A DNA stretch of 20,000 nucleotides, taken from an uncultured virus (IMG/VR IMGVR_UViG_3300044213_000175) (Duplodnaviria; Heunggongvirae; Uroviricota; Caudoviricetes). Positions within the stretch are counted from its first letter, which is position 1; every line of letters starts with the position of its first letter. The translations under genes were made by a program, and so were the position numbers. The notes under the pieces are model-generated. The model was not told the DNA's origin. It ran no database searches and saw only the letters and a program-made list of their open reading frames with translations. The stretch is from the IMG/VR virus record IMGVR_UViG_3300044213_000175; one strand, 5' to 3'. Positions 8,466-15,961 of the stretch are shown piece after piece.

Positions 8466-8844
8466 TGTTATTAATGCGGCCGATGGGCGCATATGTGGGT
8501 CTGAAGCATTTTTGTGGGGATGCTATGGTAGCGACGCCATCTATTTAAACTTTTCTGACATCAACAATCAAGAAGTAATCGGTTGTATATTCGATCGAAA
8601 AAATCAAGAAGTTTACGAACTAGAGGTGTCTATTCCACAAAGTGATACCCATTTTAAATGGTTTAATCCCGACACCTTTGAAGCAATTGAACAATTTTCA
8701 AAGAATAGACAACTCGATGTCTGGACAGCATACGACGATGTCGAGTACAAACAGGTTAGCCAAGAAGATCAAATTATTCAATATGTGCGCGATGTAGTTG
8801 CAACTTACTATGATGCTATGCTTGACGGGGAGGAAACTCAATGA
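8452..8844 (+). CDS. Hypothetical protein
   Basis: 130 aa; GGGAG RBS; overlaps both neighbours. Confidence 0.7.
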   Translation: MKIIDVINAADGRICGSEAFLWGCYGSDAIYLNFSDINNQEVIGCIFDRKNQEVYELEVSIPQSDTHFKWFNPDTFEAIEQFSKNRQLDVWTAYDDVEYKQVSQEDQIIQYVRDVVATYYDAMLDGEETQ

Positions 8845-9008
8845 TGCAGTTCCAACAGTGGCTGACTGAAATGTGGCTCAAGCACGTAGACGAATATATG
8901 GAATGGTATCAAACTATGCCTAAATATTCGATGGAAGAATATTTCACACAATATCAAGACTGGCTAAAACAACAATATAAAAATGAAAGTTCTAACGACA
9001 ATGACTGA
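8841..9008 (+). CDS. Small hypothetical protein, 55 aa (not in ORF track)
   Basis: GGAGG RBS; MMQFQQWLTEMWLKHVDEYMEW...KNESSNDND; ATGA overlap upstream and ATGACTGA overlap downstream. Confidence 0.7.
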   Translation: MMQFQQWLTEMWLKHVDEYMEWYQTMPKYSMEEYFTQYQDWLKQQYKNESSNDND

Positions 9009-9495
9009 TTTGATTGCAAAACCCGTATTAAAAAACAAATTTTGGATTGTAGAGGACCAAGGTAATAAAATTGCTACCATACAGGCAGTAGATGGCGGGG
9101 GTGTTGTTTATGTTGACGACACCCATAGGGAACGATTCCCAACCATAAAACTTTTGAGTAAAGCATATAATATTGTTTTTGATAAAGAAATAAAACAAAA
9201 GAGCAAACCCCCCGAATTTGATGTATATGGATTTCCTGTCAGATCTAAGCCCTGGAATCAACTGTGGGATGTGAAAAGACATTTTGGGGTTTTTACTAAG
9301 ACCAGCAAAAGTAAAAGTTTTTATTGTGCAGGCCATTATATCATTAAATTTAACAATGGGTGGGCAAAAAGTCTTTGCCCTAAATTAATTACATTAAATC
9401 GTTACGAATATCAAGGCCCATTTAAAACTAAAAAAGAGATGTTAGATGCTTTAAAAACAGCTAACGAAATTCTCGGAGATTTAGTATCAAACTAA
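9001..9495 (+). CDS. Hypothetical phage protein
   Basis: Likely start MTDLIAKPV at 9001 (overlaps previous stop); track start 8983 is the alternative. Confidence 0.75.
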   Translation: MTDLIAKPVLKNKFWIVEDQGNKIATIQAVDGGGVVYVDDTHRERFPTIKLLSKAYNIVFDKEIKQKSKPPEFDVYGFPVRSKPWNQLWDVKRHFGVFTKTSKSKSFYCAGHYIIKFNNGWAKSLCPKLITLNRYEYQGPFKTKKEMLDALKTANEILGDLVSN

Positions 9496-9514
9496 CAAAA
9501 ATATTACAACTTTT

Positions 9515-9554
9515 TGTAAGAAACTATAGATTTTAACTACATAAGTTTCTTACA
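9515..9554. repeat. Perfect 11-bp inverted repeat (hairpin or operator)
   Basis: TGTAAGAAACT(9515-25) / AGTTTCTTACA(9544-54). Confidence 0.85.
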
Positions 9555-9566
9555 TAAATATACAGT

Positions 9567-9854
9567 ATGAGCAGACCTAAACCAACGATAATCATCGAAC
9601 ACGTAGATAAAGCAACTTATAAATCCGAACAGGTTTTAAGTAGCGAAGGTATATGGTCGGTACTGTATAACGGTGGACCTATCAATTTAAAAAGTTCCAA
9701 TATGTTAGTCAATTACCCCGGTCCGAAATATAAAAAAACATCATTTAGCAATCCGGGTCACGCAATTAATTTAGCAAAAAAGCTAAACAAATTGTTCAAA
9801 ACAGATAAATTTACAGTGGTATTAATGTCAGGTGGTCAACAAGTATTCCCCTAA
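9567..9854 (+). CDS. Basic hypothetical phage protein
   Basis: 95 aa, MSRPKP...YKKTSFSNPGHA; ATAAATA ends 6 nt before the ATG. Confidence 0.75.
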   Translation: MSRPKPTIIIEHVDKATYKSEQVLSSEGIWSVLYNGGPINLKSSNMLVNYPGPKYKKTSFSNPGHAINLAKKLNKLFKTDKFTVVLMSGGQQVFP

Positions 9855-10206
9855 AAGATATACTCAGAGTCAGTTATCGAAAATATTTGGGTTACAAATA
9901 AATCGCAAACCGTCTGAGTTAAAATTTTTATGGCATAATCATACCGACAATACCAGCATACGATTAAGTCTAACGGGCTATCAATTTATCATTAAAGAAA
10001 TTAAGATTCAAATTTACCAATTTGATCTAGATCGTCCATTGTCAAATAAAAATCTTTTACAATTAGAAAGATTTTTCCCAGGCCCTTACTATTATTGGAG
10101 CCGCACCTCCAAGTTCATTGTATTAGATGAACAAGATGCTAGTTGGTTGCAATTAATGGGCGGCGATCTTGCTTCTTACTTGGACAACTTAGAAAGTAAT
10201 ACCTAA
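9832..10206 (+). CDS. Hypothetical protein
   Basis: 124 aa ORF with GTG start overlapping the previous gene. Confidence 0.65.
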   Translation: MVNKYSPKRYTQSQLSKIFGLQINRKPSELKFLWHNHTDNTSIRLSLTGYQFIIKEIKIQIYQFDLDRPLSNKNLLQLERFFPGPYYYWSRTSKFIVLDEQDASWLQLMGGDLASYLDNLESNT

Positions 10207-10284
10207 GTATACATTTTTTTGGTTGCTCGAAATTCCCCAATTTGTTATAATAGTGACATACAGTAACAAAACAGGAGTTGAAAA
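10197..10284 (+). promoter_or_regulatory. Early-type promoter module 1: imperfect palindrome, sigma70 promoter, leader and RBS
   Basis: TAATACC-TA-AGTATAC(10197-212); TTGCTC(10223-28), 17 nt, TGn-TATAAT(10246-51); leader containing AGGAG. Confidence 0.8.
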
Positions 10285-10695
10285 ATGGCATACGTTAGTC
10301 AAGAACGCAAAGCACAATTGGCCCCCGCGATCAAGGCGATTTGTAAAAAGTACAATGTCAAAGCATCGCTGGCGGTTCGACATCATTCAACACTTGTGCT
10401 GAATGTGCGTCAAGGCAATATTGACTTCATTGGCAACTACAATGCCACTATTGCCGAGCGCGATCCTACTGGCAACCGCCATATCAATCCTGCTAGCAAA
10501 AGCATCCAAGTCAATCCCTATTGGTATCATGAACACTTCAGTGGTCGCGCCAAACAGTTCTTGGAAGAAGTTATTCCTGCCCTGAACAACGGCAACCACG
10601 ACCGTAGTGACATCCAATCTGACTACTTTGATGTGGGCTGGTATGTCGATGTTAACATCGGGCAGTGGAACAAGCCTTATGCCTTGGAAAAGTAA
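10285..10695 (+). CDS. Hypothetical (probably early) phage protein
   Basis: Own promoter and RBS; 136 aa ending SDYFDVGWYVDVNIGQWNKPY. Confidence 0.85.
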   Translation: MAYVSQERKAQLAPAIKAICKKYNVKASLAVRHHSTLVLNVRQGNIDFIGNYNATIAERDPTGNRHINPASKSIQVNPYWYHEHFSGRAKQFLEEVIPALNNGNHDRSDIQSDYFDVGWYVDVNIGQWNKPYALEK

Positions 10696-10771
10696 TACTC
10701 AAGTATTACTTGCTCGAAAATCCGATTTTTGCTATAATATTGACATACAGTAACAAAACAGGAGTTGAAAA
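10690..10771 (+). promoter_or_regulatory. Early-type promoter module 2: perfect palindrome, sigma70 promoter and duplicated 31-nt leader
   Basis: AAGTAATACT-CA-AGTATTACTT(10690-711); TTGCTC(10710-15), 17 nt, TGn-TATAAT(10733-38); 10741-10771 is identical to 10254-10284. Confidence 0.85.
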
Positions 10772-11055
10772 TGGATGCAAATGCAATTACCCAAGCGATT
10801 ATTGCAGGTAACTGGACCAATGACGATCTCGGCAAGTTTATCAATGCCATTCAATTCTGTCGCAATTGTCTAACCAAACAAAATGTCGGCAAGATGGTTA
10901 TCGGTACTCACGTGCAATTCAATGCAAAATCACGCGGCGGTAAAACCATTACTGGTGAAGTTGTAAAAGTGGGTCGTAAATTTATTACAATTCGAGAACA
11001 CGGCACCAACTTTGGTGGCTGGCGAGTTCCTGCTAATATGCTGTCTGTTGTATAA
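10771..11055 (+). CDS. Hypothetical (probably early) protein, possibly SH3-like C-terminus
   Basis: ATG at 10771 by analogy with the duplicated leader; ITGEVVKVGRKFITI...WRVP beta-rich segment. Confidence 0.75.
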   Translation: MDANAITQAIIAGNWTNDDLGKFINAIQFCRNCLTKQNVGKMVIGTHVQFNAKSRGGKTITGEVVKVGRKFITIREHGTNFGGWRVPANMLSVV

Positions 11056-11061
11056 ATGTAA

Positions 11062-11090
11062 CAGACAATAATTCAAGATTCTTATATAAT
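11062..11090 (+). promoter_or_regulatory. Possible sigma70-like promoter for the AAA+ ATPase
   Basis: CAGACA(11062-67), 17 nt, TATAAT(11085-90); AAAGGAG RBS downstream. Confidence 0.45.
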
Positions 11091-11117
11091 ATAGTTTTTA
11101 ACACAAAGGAGAAAGCA

Positions 11118-12233
11118 ATGTCGAAAGACGTAAACATCAGTGAAAACCGTACAGTAACCGCACAGACTGCTCGTCGTGCTATTACCAAGTGTTTCCAAAA
11201 ACAACGACCCTTGTTCTTGTGGGGCCCTCCAGGTATTGGCAAATCAGAATTGGTTGCTAGTATTGCTGAAGATATGAAAGGTCATATGATCGACCTTCGT
11301 TTGGCTCAAATGGAACCCACTGACCTTCGTGGTATTCCTTATTACAACAAAGACTCGGGCTTGATGGATTGGGCTCCTCCCATTGATTTGCCTAGCGAAG
11401 AATTGGCGTCGGAATATCCCATCGTAATTTTGTTTTTGGACGAAATGAATTCCGCGGCTCCTAGCATTCAAGCCGCAGCTTATCAGCTAGTATTGAACCG
11501 TCGCATCGGTAAGTACACACTTCCAAAGAATGTTGTTGTGATTGCCGCAGGTAACCGTGAAACTGACAAAGGTGTTACCTATCGTATGCCTGCTCCGTTG
11601 GCTAACCGTTTTGTTCACTTGGAGATGCGAGTAGATCACGAGTCGTGGGAACAATGGGCTACTCTTAATAAAATCAGCGCCGATGTTATCGGTTATGTTG
11701 GTTTCGCCAAACAGGATTTGTATAACTTCGATCCGCGTAGCTCTAGTCGCGCATTCGCTACACCTCGGTCTTGGACTTTTGTGTCTGAATTGTTGGAAGA
11801 TAACGATTGTACTGATAGCGAACTGACCGATTTGATCTCGGGTGCCGTGGGCGAAGGTATTGCTATCAAATTTATGGCACATCGGAAGATTGCAGGTCAA
11901 TTGCCTAAGCCCGAACACATCTTGGCTGGTACTATCACTGAGTTGAAAATCAAAGAAATTTCTGCGATGTATTCACTTACGGTCAGTCTGTGTTATGAAC
12001 TTCAAGACTATGTGCAAAAGGCCAAGGGCAAACCCGACGAAAAGTTCCATACCATGGCGGATAATTTCTTCCGTTTTATGATGGATAACTTTACTACAGA
12101 GTTGACCGTTATGGGTGCTCGTGTTGCATTGACTACCTATGGATTGCCGTTTGTCCCAGGTAAACTCAAGCACTTCGATGAGTTCCATAAACGTTTTGGC
12201 AAATACATCGTAGCCGCAAATTCTTCTAAATAA
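11118..12233 (+). CDS. MoxR-type AAA+ ATPase
   Basis: Walker A GPPGIGKS, Walker B LFLDEMN, AAGN sensor, LANRF arginine finger and TPRSW. Confidence 0.9.
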   Translation: MSKDVNISENRTVTAQTARRAITKCFQKQRPLFLWGPPGIGKSELVASIAEDMKGHMIDLRLAQMEPTDLRGIPYYNKDSGLMDWAPPIDLPSEELASEYPIVILFLDEMNSAAPSIQAAAYQLVLNRRIGKYTLPKNVVVIAAGNRETDKGVTYRMPAPLANRFVHLEMRVDHESWEQWATLNKISADVIGYVGFAKQDLYNFDPRSSSRAFATPRSWTFVSELLEDNDCTDSELTDLISGAVGEGIAIKFMAHRKIAGQLPKPEHILAGTITELKIKEISAMYSLTVSLCYELQDYVQKAKGKPDEKFHTMADNFFRFMMDNFTTELTVMGARVALTTYGLPFVPGKLKHFDEFHKRFGKYIVAANSSK

Positions 12234-12238
12234 GATTA

Positions 12239-12278
12239 CGGGGCAAGGCATTTAACTCCTTTCGCCTATAAGTCCCCG
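12239..12278 (+). other. GC-rich stem-loop after the ATPase stop with an anti-Shine-Dalgarno loop
   Basis: CGGGG(12239-43)/CCCCG(12274-78), AGGC(12246-49)/GCCT(12264-67), loop ATTTAACTCCTTTC. Confidence 0.6.
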
Positions 12279-12284
12279 ATTTCA

Positions 12285-12575
12285 ATGAATATCGTAAAAT
12301 TAGATAGAAGACACACAGGATCTATTTATTTCAAGTATAGACTTGAGTTAAGAGGTCCCGCGGGGTTTAAAAATTTTTTAACCTATAGACATTGGGCGTG
12401 GGATACATTTGGCCCTAGCTGTGAATTGAGTCATTACTTACAGTTAGCAGTAAACAGTGAACTCGACGAAACTTCTTTGTCTCATCGTTGGGCTTGGAAT
12501 ATTATTCCAATTGAACGGTTTATCTATTTGAAATCTTCGGAAGACCTTTTATTATTTCAATTAAAATGGACGTAA
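12285..12575 (+). CDS. Hypothetical protein with FxLKW C-terminus
   Basis: 96 aa ending IYLKSSEDLLLFQLKWT. Confidence 0.7.
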   Translation: MNIVKLDRRHTGSIYFKYRLELRGPAGFKNFLTYRHWAWDTFGPSCELSHYLQLAVNSELDETSLSHRWAWNIIPIERFIYLKSSEDLLLFQLKWT

Positions 12576-12576
12576 T

Positions 12577-13023
12577 ATGACCACCGAAGATCTCAAGTTT
12601 CGAAGATTCGATGACAATAAGCAAGAACAAATCAGACAGCTGGTCGGTTATTGCACACTTATGGGATTAACTGGTAAAGACCTTATCAGCATCGGCAATA
12701 AGCTAGAGAGAATTAAAAAAGCAAATGAGATGGAGCAAAATTTAGCAATCGGCTTAAGTTATCAAATTAAATTGGTCGAACCTACAAAGAAGCATCGCCA
12801 TCACGATTTTGAATGGACTTATACCGACGCGGCAGGTACCAATTGGAGGTTCGACATAATATCCCGACTATATAGAGGCGGCCATTCAGTTCGACTGTCA
12901 AAAGGTAAAAACCGGAATGGTCGGGTATTTTATGCACATAACGAAGTTAAAAATGCCCATAAAAACATTCGAGCCAATATAATGTATATTTGTCATAAGG
13001 AAGATTGGTTTTCGAAATGTTAG
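12577..13023 (+). CDS. Hypothetical protein
   Basis: 148 aa co-oriented ORF starting 1 nt after the previous stop. Confidence 0.7.
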   Translation: MTTEDLKFRRFDDNKQEQIRQLVGYCTLMGLTGKDLISIGNKLERIKKANEMEQNLAIGLSYQIKLVEPTKKHRHHDFEWTYTDAAGTNWRFDIISRLYRGGHSVRLSKGKNRNGRVFYAHNEVKNAHKNIRANIMYICHKEDWFSKC

Positions 13024-13066
13024 TACTTTAGTATTACTTGGCAATAAATCACAAATATGTTATAAT
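13021..13066 (+). promoter_or_regulatory. Early-type promoter module 3: palindrome plus sigma70 promoter
   Basis: TAGTACT-TT-AGTATTA(13021-36); TTGGCA(13038-43), 17 nt, TGn-TATAAT(13061-66); AAGGA RBS. Confidence 0.8.
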
Positions 13067-13094
13067 ATGCTTATATTAAGAGAAAAGGAATCAT

Positions 13095-14372
13095 ATGGCA
13101 ACATCTAATTCAACAGATAATGGCAAAAAACTCGGCGGGCGGCTGACAGATGTGTTGGATCCTGTATTGGATCGTTCTGTACGCGAAAAATTGACTACCG
13201 CTCGCATCGGGCTATTGCTAAAGGCACCGTTTTTCGGTAACTTGGCCACTCGGTTACAATTAATCAATGCCGATGCTTGGTGCGCTACTGCAGCCACCGA
13301 TGGCCGAAAATTTTACTACAATACCGACTTTGTTAATAAACTAACTGCCAAAGAATTAGAGTTTTTGTTCGGTCATGAAGTATTACATAACGTCTATGAT
13401 CACATGGGGCGTAACGGTGATCGCGATCATCAACTTTTTAATTGTGCCGCGGACTTTTGTGTTAACTCAGATTTGATTGAACAACGAATCGGAGATAAAA
13501 TTAATCCTTGTCTGTACGATGTAAAATATAAAGGGTGGAGTGCCGAAGAAGTATATGATGACCTGTATGAAAATGCTGAAAAAATTGATATCAGCAGTCT
13601 AATTGATCAAATGATTGATGAACACCTGGACGGTGACGGTGAGGGCGACGGTGAGGGCGACGGTGACAAAGATGGCAAAGGCCGACCGAAATTGTCTAAG
13701 GAAGAACGTCAAGCGATCAAAGATGAAATCCGCGAGGCTTTGATGCAGGCCGCACAGGCAACTGGGGCAGGTAACTTGCCGTCCGGTGTTAAACGCCTTA
13801 TTAAGGATCTGACTCAACCTGTTGTCAATTGGCGTGAACTACTAGAACAACAGATTCAAAGTACCATTAAAAATGATTTTACTTGGTTGCGCCCATCACG
13901 CCGTAGTTGGCATTTGGATGCTGTGATGCCGGGCATGGTCCCGGGCGAACAGATCGATGTATGTATTGCTATCGATACTTCGGGTTCAATTGGTCATGAT
14001 GACATCAAAGCCTTTATGGCCGAGATCAAAGGCATTATGGAAGCATATGATGAGTATAAAATACAAGTGTGGAGTTTCGATACAGAAATCTACAATCATC
14101 GAACTTACAGCTCGGACTCACTTGATGATATCCTGTCATATGAACCTATGGGCGGGGGCGGTACTGACTTTATGGCCAATTGGGAATACATGAAGGAAAA
14201 TAATATCGAACCTAAGAAGTTTATTATGTTTACTGACGGTATGCCATTTGGCGAATGGGGTGATAGTGAATACTGTGATACTGTATTCATTATTAAAGGC
14301 AACGAACAAGCCGAACCGCCATTTGGTGTGTGGGCTATTTATGAACATGCTAAAGAAATAGCCAAAACATAA
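13095..14372 (+). CDS. HExxH metallopeptidase-like domain plus VWA domain protein (DUF2201-type)
   Basis: TAATDG, HEVLH, acidic Gly-rich linker, MIDAS IDTSGS, GGGGTDF and MFTDG. Confidence 0.88.
   Translation: MATSNSTDNGKKLGGRLTDVLDPVLDRSVREKLTTARIGLLLKAPFFGNLATRLQLINADAWCATAATDGRKFYYNTDFVNKLTAKELEFLFGHEVLHNVYDHMGRNGDRDHQLFNCAADFCVNSDLIEQRIGDKINPCLYDVKYKGWSAEEVYDDLYENAEKIDISSLIDQMIDEHLDGDGEGDGEGDGDKDGKGRPKLSKEERQAIKDEIREALMQAAQATGAGNLPSGVKRLIKDLTQPVVNWRELLEQQIQSTIKNDFTWLRPSRRSWHLDAVMPGMVPGEQIDVCIAIDTSGSIGHDDIKAFMAEIKGIMEAYDEYKIQVWSFDTEIYNHRTYSSDSLDDILSYEPMGGGGTDFMANWEYMKENNIEPKKFIMFTDGMPFGEWGDSEYCDTVFIIKGNEQAEPPFGVWAIYEHAKEIAKT
13635..13666 (+). repeat. Short coding tandem repeat (12-bp unit GACGGTGAGGGC) encoding the DGEG linker
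   Basis: GACGGTGAGGGC twice plus a partial copy within DGDGEGDGEGDGDKDG. Confidence 0.8.
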
Positions 14373-14599
14373 TGCAAAAACTGTACACTTTACAACAACA
14401 CCCCAGCCGTAGGTGTACGGTGCAGATAATTTTTGGGGCAGGATATTGGGGCAACGAGTATCAAGCGTTAATAGATCAACAACTTGAGTCAATGCTAGAC
14501 TGGTGTCGAATTAGCGGTGTAGGTAATCGTACTAGCTGGAATCATATTACTTTTAGTAATCTTAAAGAAATGTCGTTGTTTATGTTGAAGTGGGCATAA
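14372..14599 (+). CDS. Hypothetical protein with FxLKW C-terminus
   Basis: TAATG overlap; ends ITFSNLKEMSLFMLKWA. Confidence 0.7.
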   Translation: MQKLYTLQQHPSRRCTVQIIFGAGYWGNEYQALIDQQLESMLDWCRISGVGNRTSWNHITFSNLKEMSLFMLKWA

Positions 14600-14654
14600 T
14601 CAAAGATTGTGTAAGAATACCGAAGTTACATACCAACAAGAAGGTCAGTAGATA

Positions 14655-14891
14655 GTGAACAACGATACATTGTTCGACAATATCATAAGCCCATGGTATC
14701 TACCTTGCGGCGGTACTGCTTACTTCGACGAGAGCAGTGGCATTAGCCATCGTTGCGAGTGTGGTGCTGTGGTGGGCAGTATAGGTATGCCCGATCATTG
14801 CAGAAGCGAAATGGACAAATACGAAAAAGTATTGATGGCATTAGGTAGTAAGATATACTGGGACTATAATGAAGGATGTGAGAAATCATAA
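14655..14891 (+). CDS. Small Cys-rich hypothetical protein
   Basis: PCGG, RCECG and DHC residues suggest a metal site; TAATG overlap with the next gene. Confidence 0.6.
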   Translation: MNNDTLFDNIISPWYLPCGGTAYFDESSGISHRCECGAVVGSIGMPDHCRSEMDKYEKVLMALGSKIYWDYNEGCEKS

Positions 14892-15121
14892 TGAACGAAC
14901 GAATTAAAGAACTTGCTGGTAAAGCATTGGATCAAACAATGCCTGAAACTTGGTACGTCATTTCACCTGATGATTTAGATAGAATTACGGCAAAGTTAGC
15001 TGAGTTGATTGTATTAGAATGTGTTGAGGTCTGTGAGAAAGGATTCCAAGGAGAATTTACTTCTGCTGGCATACATCAATGTGTGACAGATTTGAAAAAA
15101 CATTTCGGAGTTGAAGAATGA
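14891..15121 (+). CDS. Small hypothetical protein, MNERI...HFGVEE paralog 1
   Basis: Shares MNERIxELA, AELIVxEC and KHFGVEE with the next ORF. Confidence 0.8.
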   Translation: MNERIKELAGKALDQTMPETWYVISPDDLDRITAKLAELIVLECVEVCEKGFQGEFTSAGIHQCVTDLKKHFGVEE

Positions 15122-15357
15122 ACGAACGAATCCGAGAACTTGCTAAAGAGGCTGGATTCCAAATTAACCCATTGAAGGGGCTAATACATCTTCCCGGACT
15201 AAATCCAACAGCTAATATTCAGTTGGAAAAGTTTGCCGAGTTGATTGTCAATGAATGTGCCCATTTGGTCGGTGGCTATACTAAAGAAAATGAGTTTGGC
15301 ACCGATGTAAAAGAAGCATACGAAGAAATCACAAAACATTTCGGAGTTGAAGAATGA
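15118..15357 (+). CDS. Small hypothetical protein, MNERI...HFGVEE paralog 2
   Basis: Same motifs; GGAG RBS and ATGA overlap. Confidence 0.8.
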   Translation: MNERIRELAKEAGFQINPLKGLIHLPGLNPTANIQLEKFAELIVNECAHLVGGYTKENEFGTDVKEAYEEITKHFGVEE

Positions 15358-15548
15358 GATTAGAAAAGGTCAAAATAAATCCACATAATCGTGTAGAGAT
15401 ATTATGTTCGTATTGTGATATGCTCAAGCACGAGAATGAAACTTATGCTGACCTTGATACACGATTCCGTTATATCTGTCATAAGTGTGCTATGGATATG
15501 ATGTTGATTGATGGAAAAAATTTGGAGTTGAACTATGAGACTAATTGA
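15354..15548 (+). CDS. Small zinc-finger-like protein
   Basis: CSYC ... CHKC; GGAG RBS and ATGA overlap. Confidence 0.65.
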   Translation: MRLEKVKINPHNRVEILCSYCDMLKHENETYADLDTRFRYICHKCAMDMMLIDGKNLELNYETN

Positions 15549-15560
15549 AAAAAAGTAAGA

Positions 15561-15713
15561 ATGAATCCTGAAACCTTTGCACCAGAATTGTTGGTGACTA
15601 TTGCGTTGGATTTGGAGTTGGCTGAAGTAATGCCGGATCCTAATACAATTAAATCTGATACGGATTGGGGTTATGAATTTAGAAAATTGATTGAGAGTAA
15701 AGTTGAAGAATGA
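15561..15713 (+). CDS. Small hypothetical protein, 50 aa (not in ORF track)
   Basis: MNPETFAPELL...LIESKVEE; ends with the same GTTGAAGAATGA junction as the upstream paralogs. Confidence 0.55.
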   Translation: MNPETFAPELLVTIALDLELAEVMPDPNTIKSDTDWGYEFRKLIESKVEE

Positions 15714-15886
15714 GAGATCCGAAGTTTGGTTATCACTGGATATGGATGTTACCGGTATATATCATCCTTAGTATATACGACTATATAGCAACCGTAGTAA
15801 TAAGTTCGCTAAAGCGGATGCGTATGCGTTGGATATTTTTTAGATATCCAGAAATTAAACGGATGCATGATTTAGCGAATAAATAA
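15710..15886 (+). CDS. Small putative membrane protein, 58 aa (not in ORF track)
   Basis: ATGA overlap; hydrophobic WIWMLPVYIILSIYDYIATVVI followed by a basic tail. Confidence 0.55.
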   Translation: MRDPKFGYHWIWMLPVYIILSIYDYIATVVISSLKRMRMRWIFFRYPEIKRMHDLANK

Positions 15887-15888
15887 AT

Positions 15889-15956
15889 TTGTAGGGCGGT
15901 CCTACAACCCAATCCACTTTAAATGAATGGTCTTAGTGGATGACCAGTAAAAGGAG
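15889..15956 (+). promoter_or_regulatory. Structured leader with two hairpins and an alternative pairing
   Basis: TTGTAGG(15889-95)/CCTACAA(15901-07); ATCCACT(15912-18)/AGTGGAT(15935-41); TGGTC(15928-32)/GACCA(15942-46); AAGGAG(15951-56). Confidence 0.5.
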
Positions 15957-15961
15957 ACATA

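Noticed and set aside
12239..12284. Simple rho-independent terminator
   Set aside because: The stem is interrupted, the loop is 14 nt and only ATTTC follows; kept as a structured element instead.
14891..15357. Diversity-generating retroelement template/variable repeat pair
   Set aside because: Differences are not adenine-specific, the cores are unalignable, and there is no reverse transcriptase in the window.
15891..15950. Self-cleaving ribozyme (twister or hammerhead)
   Set aside because: GGTCCTACAACCC only loosely recalls the twister core; the other conserved elements and hammerhead CTGANGA/GAAA arrangement are missing.
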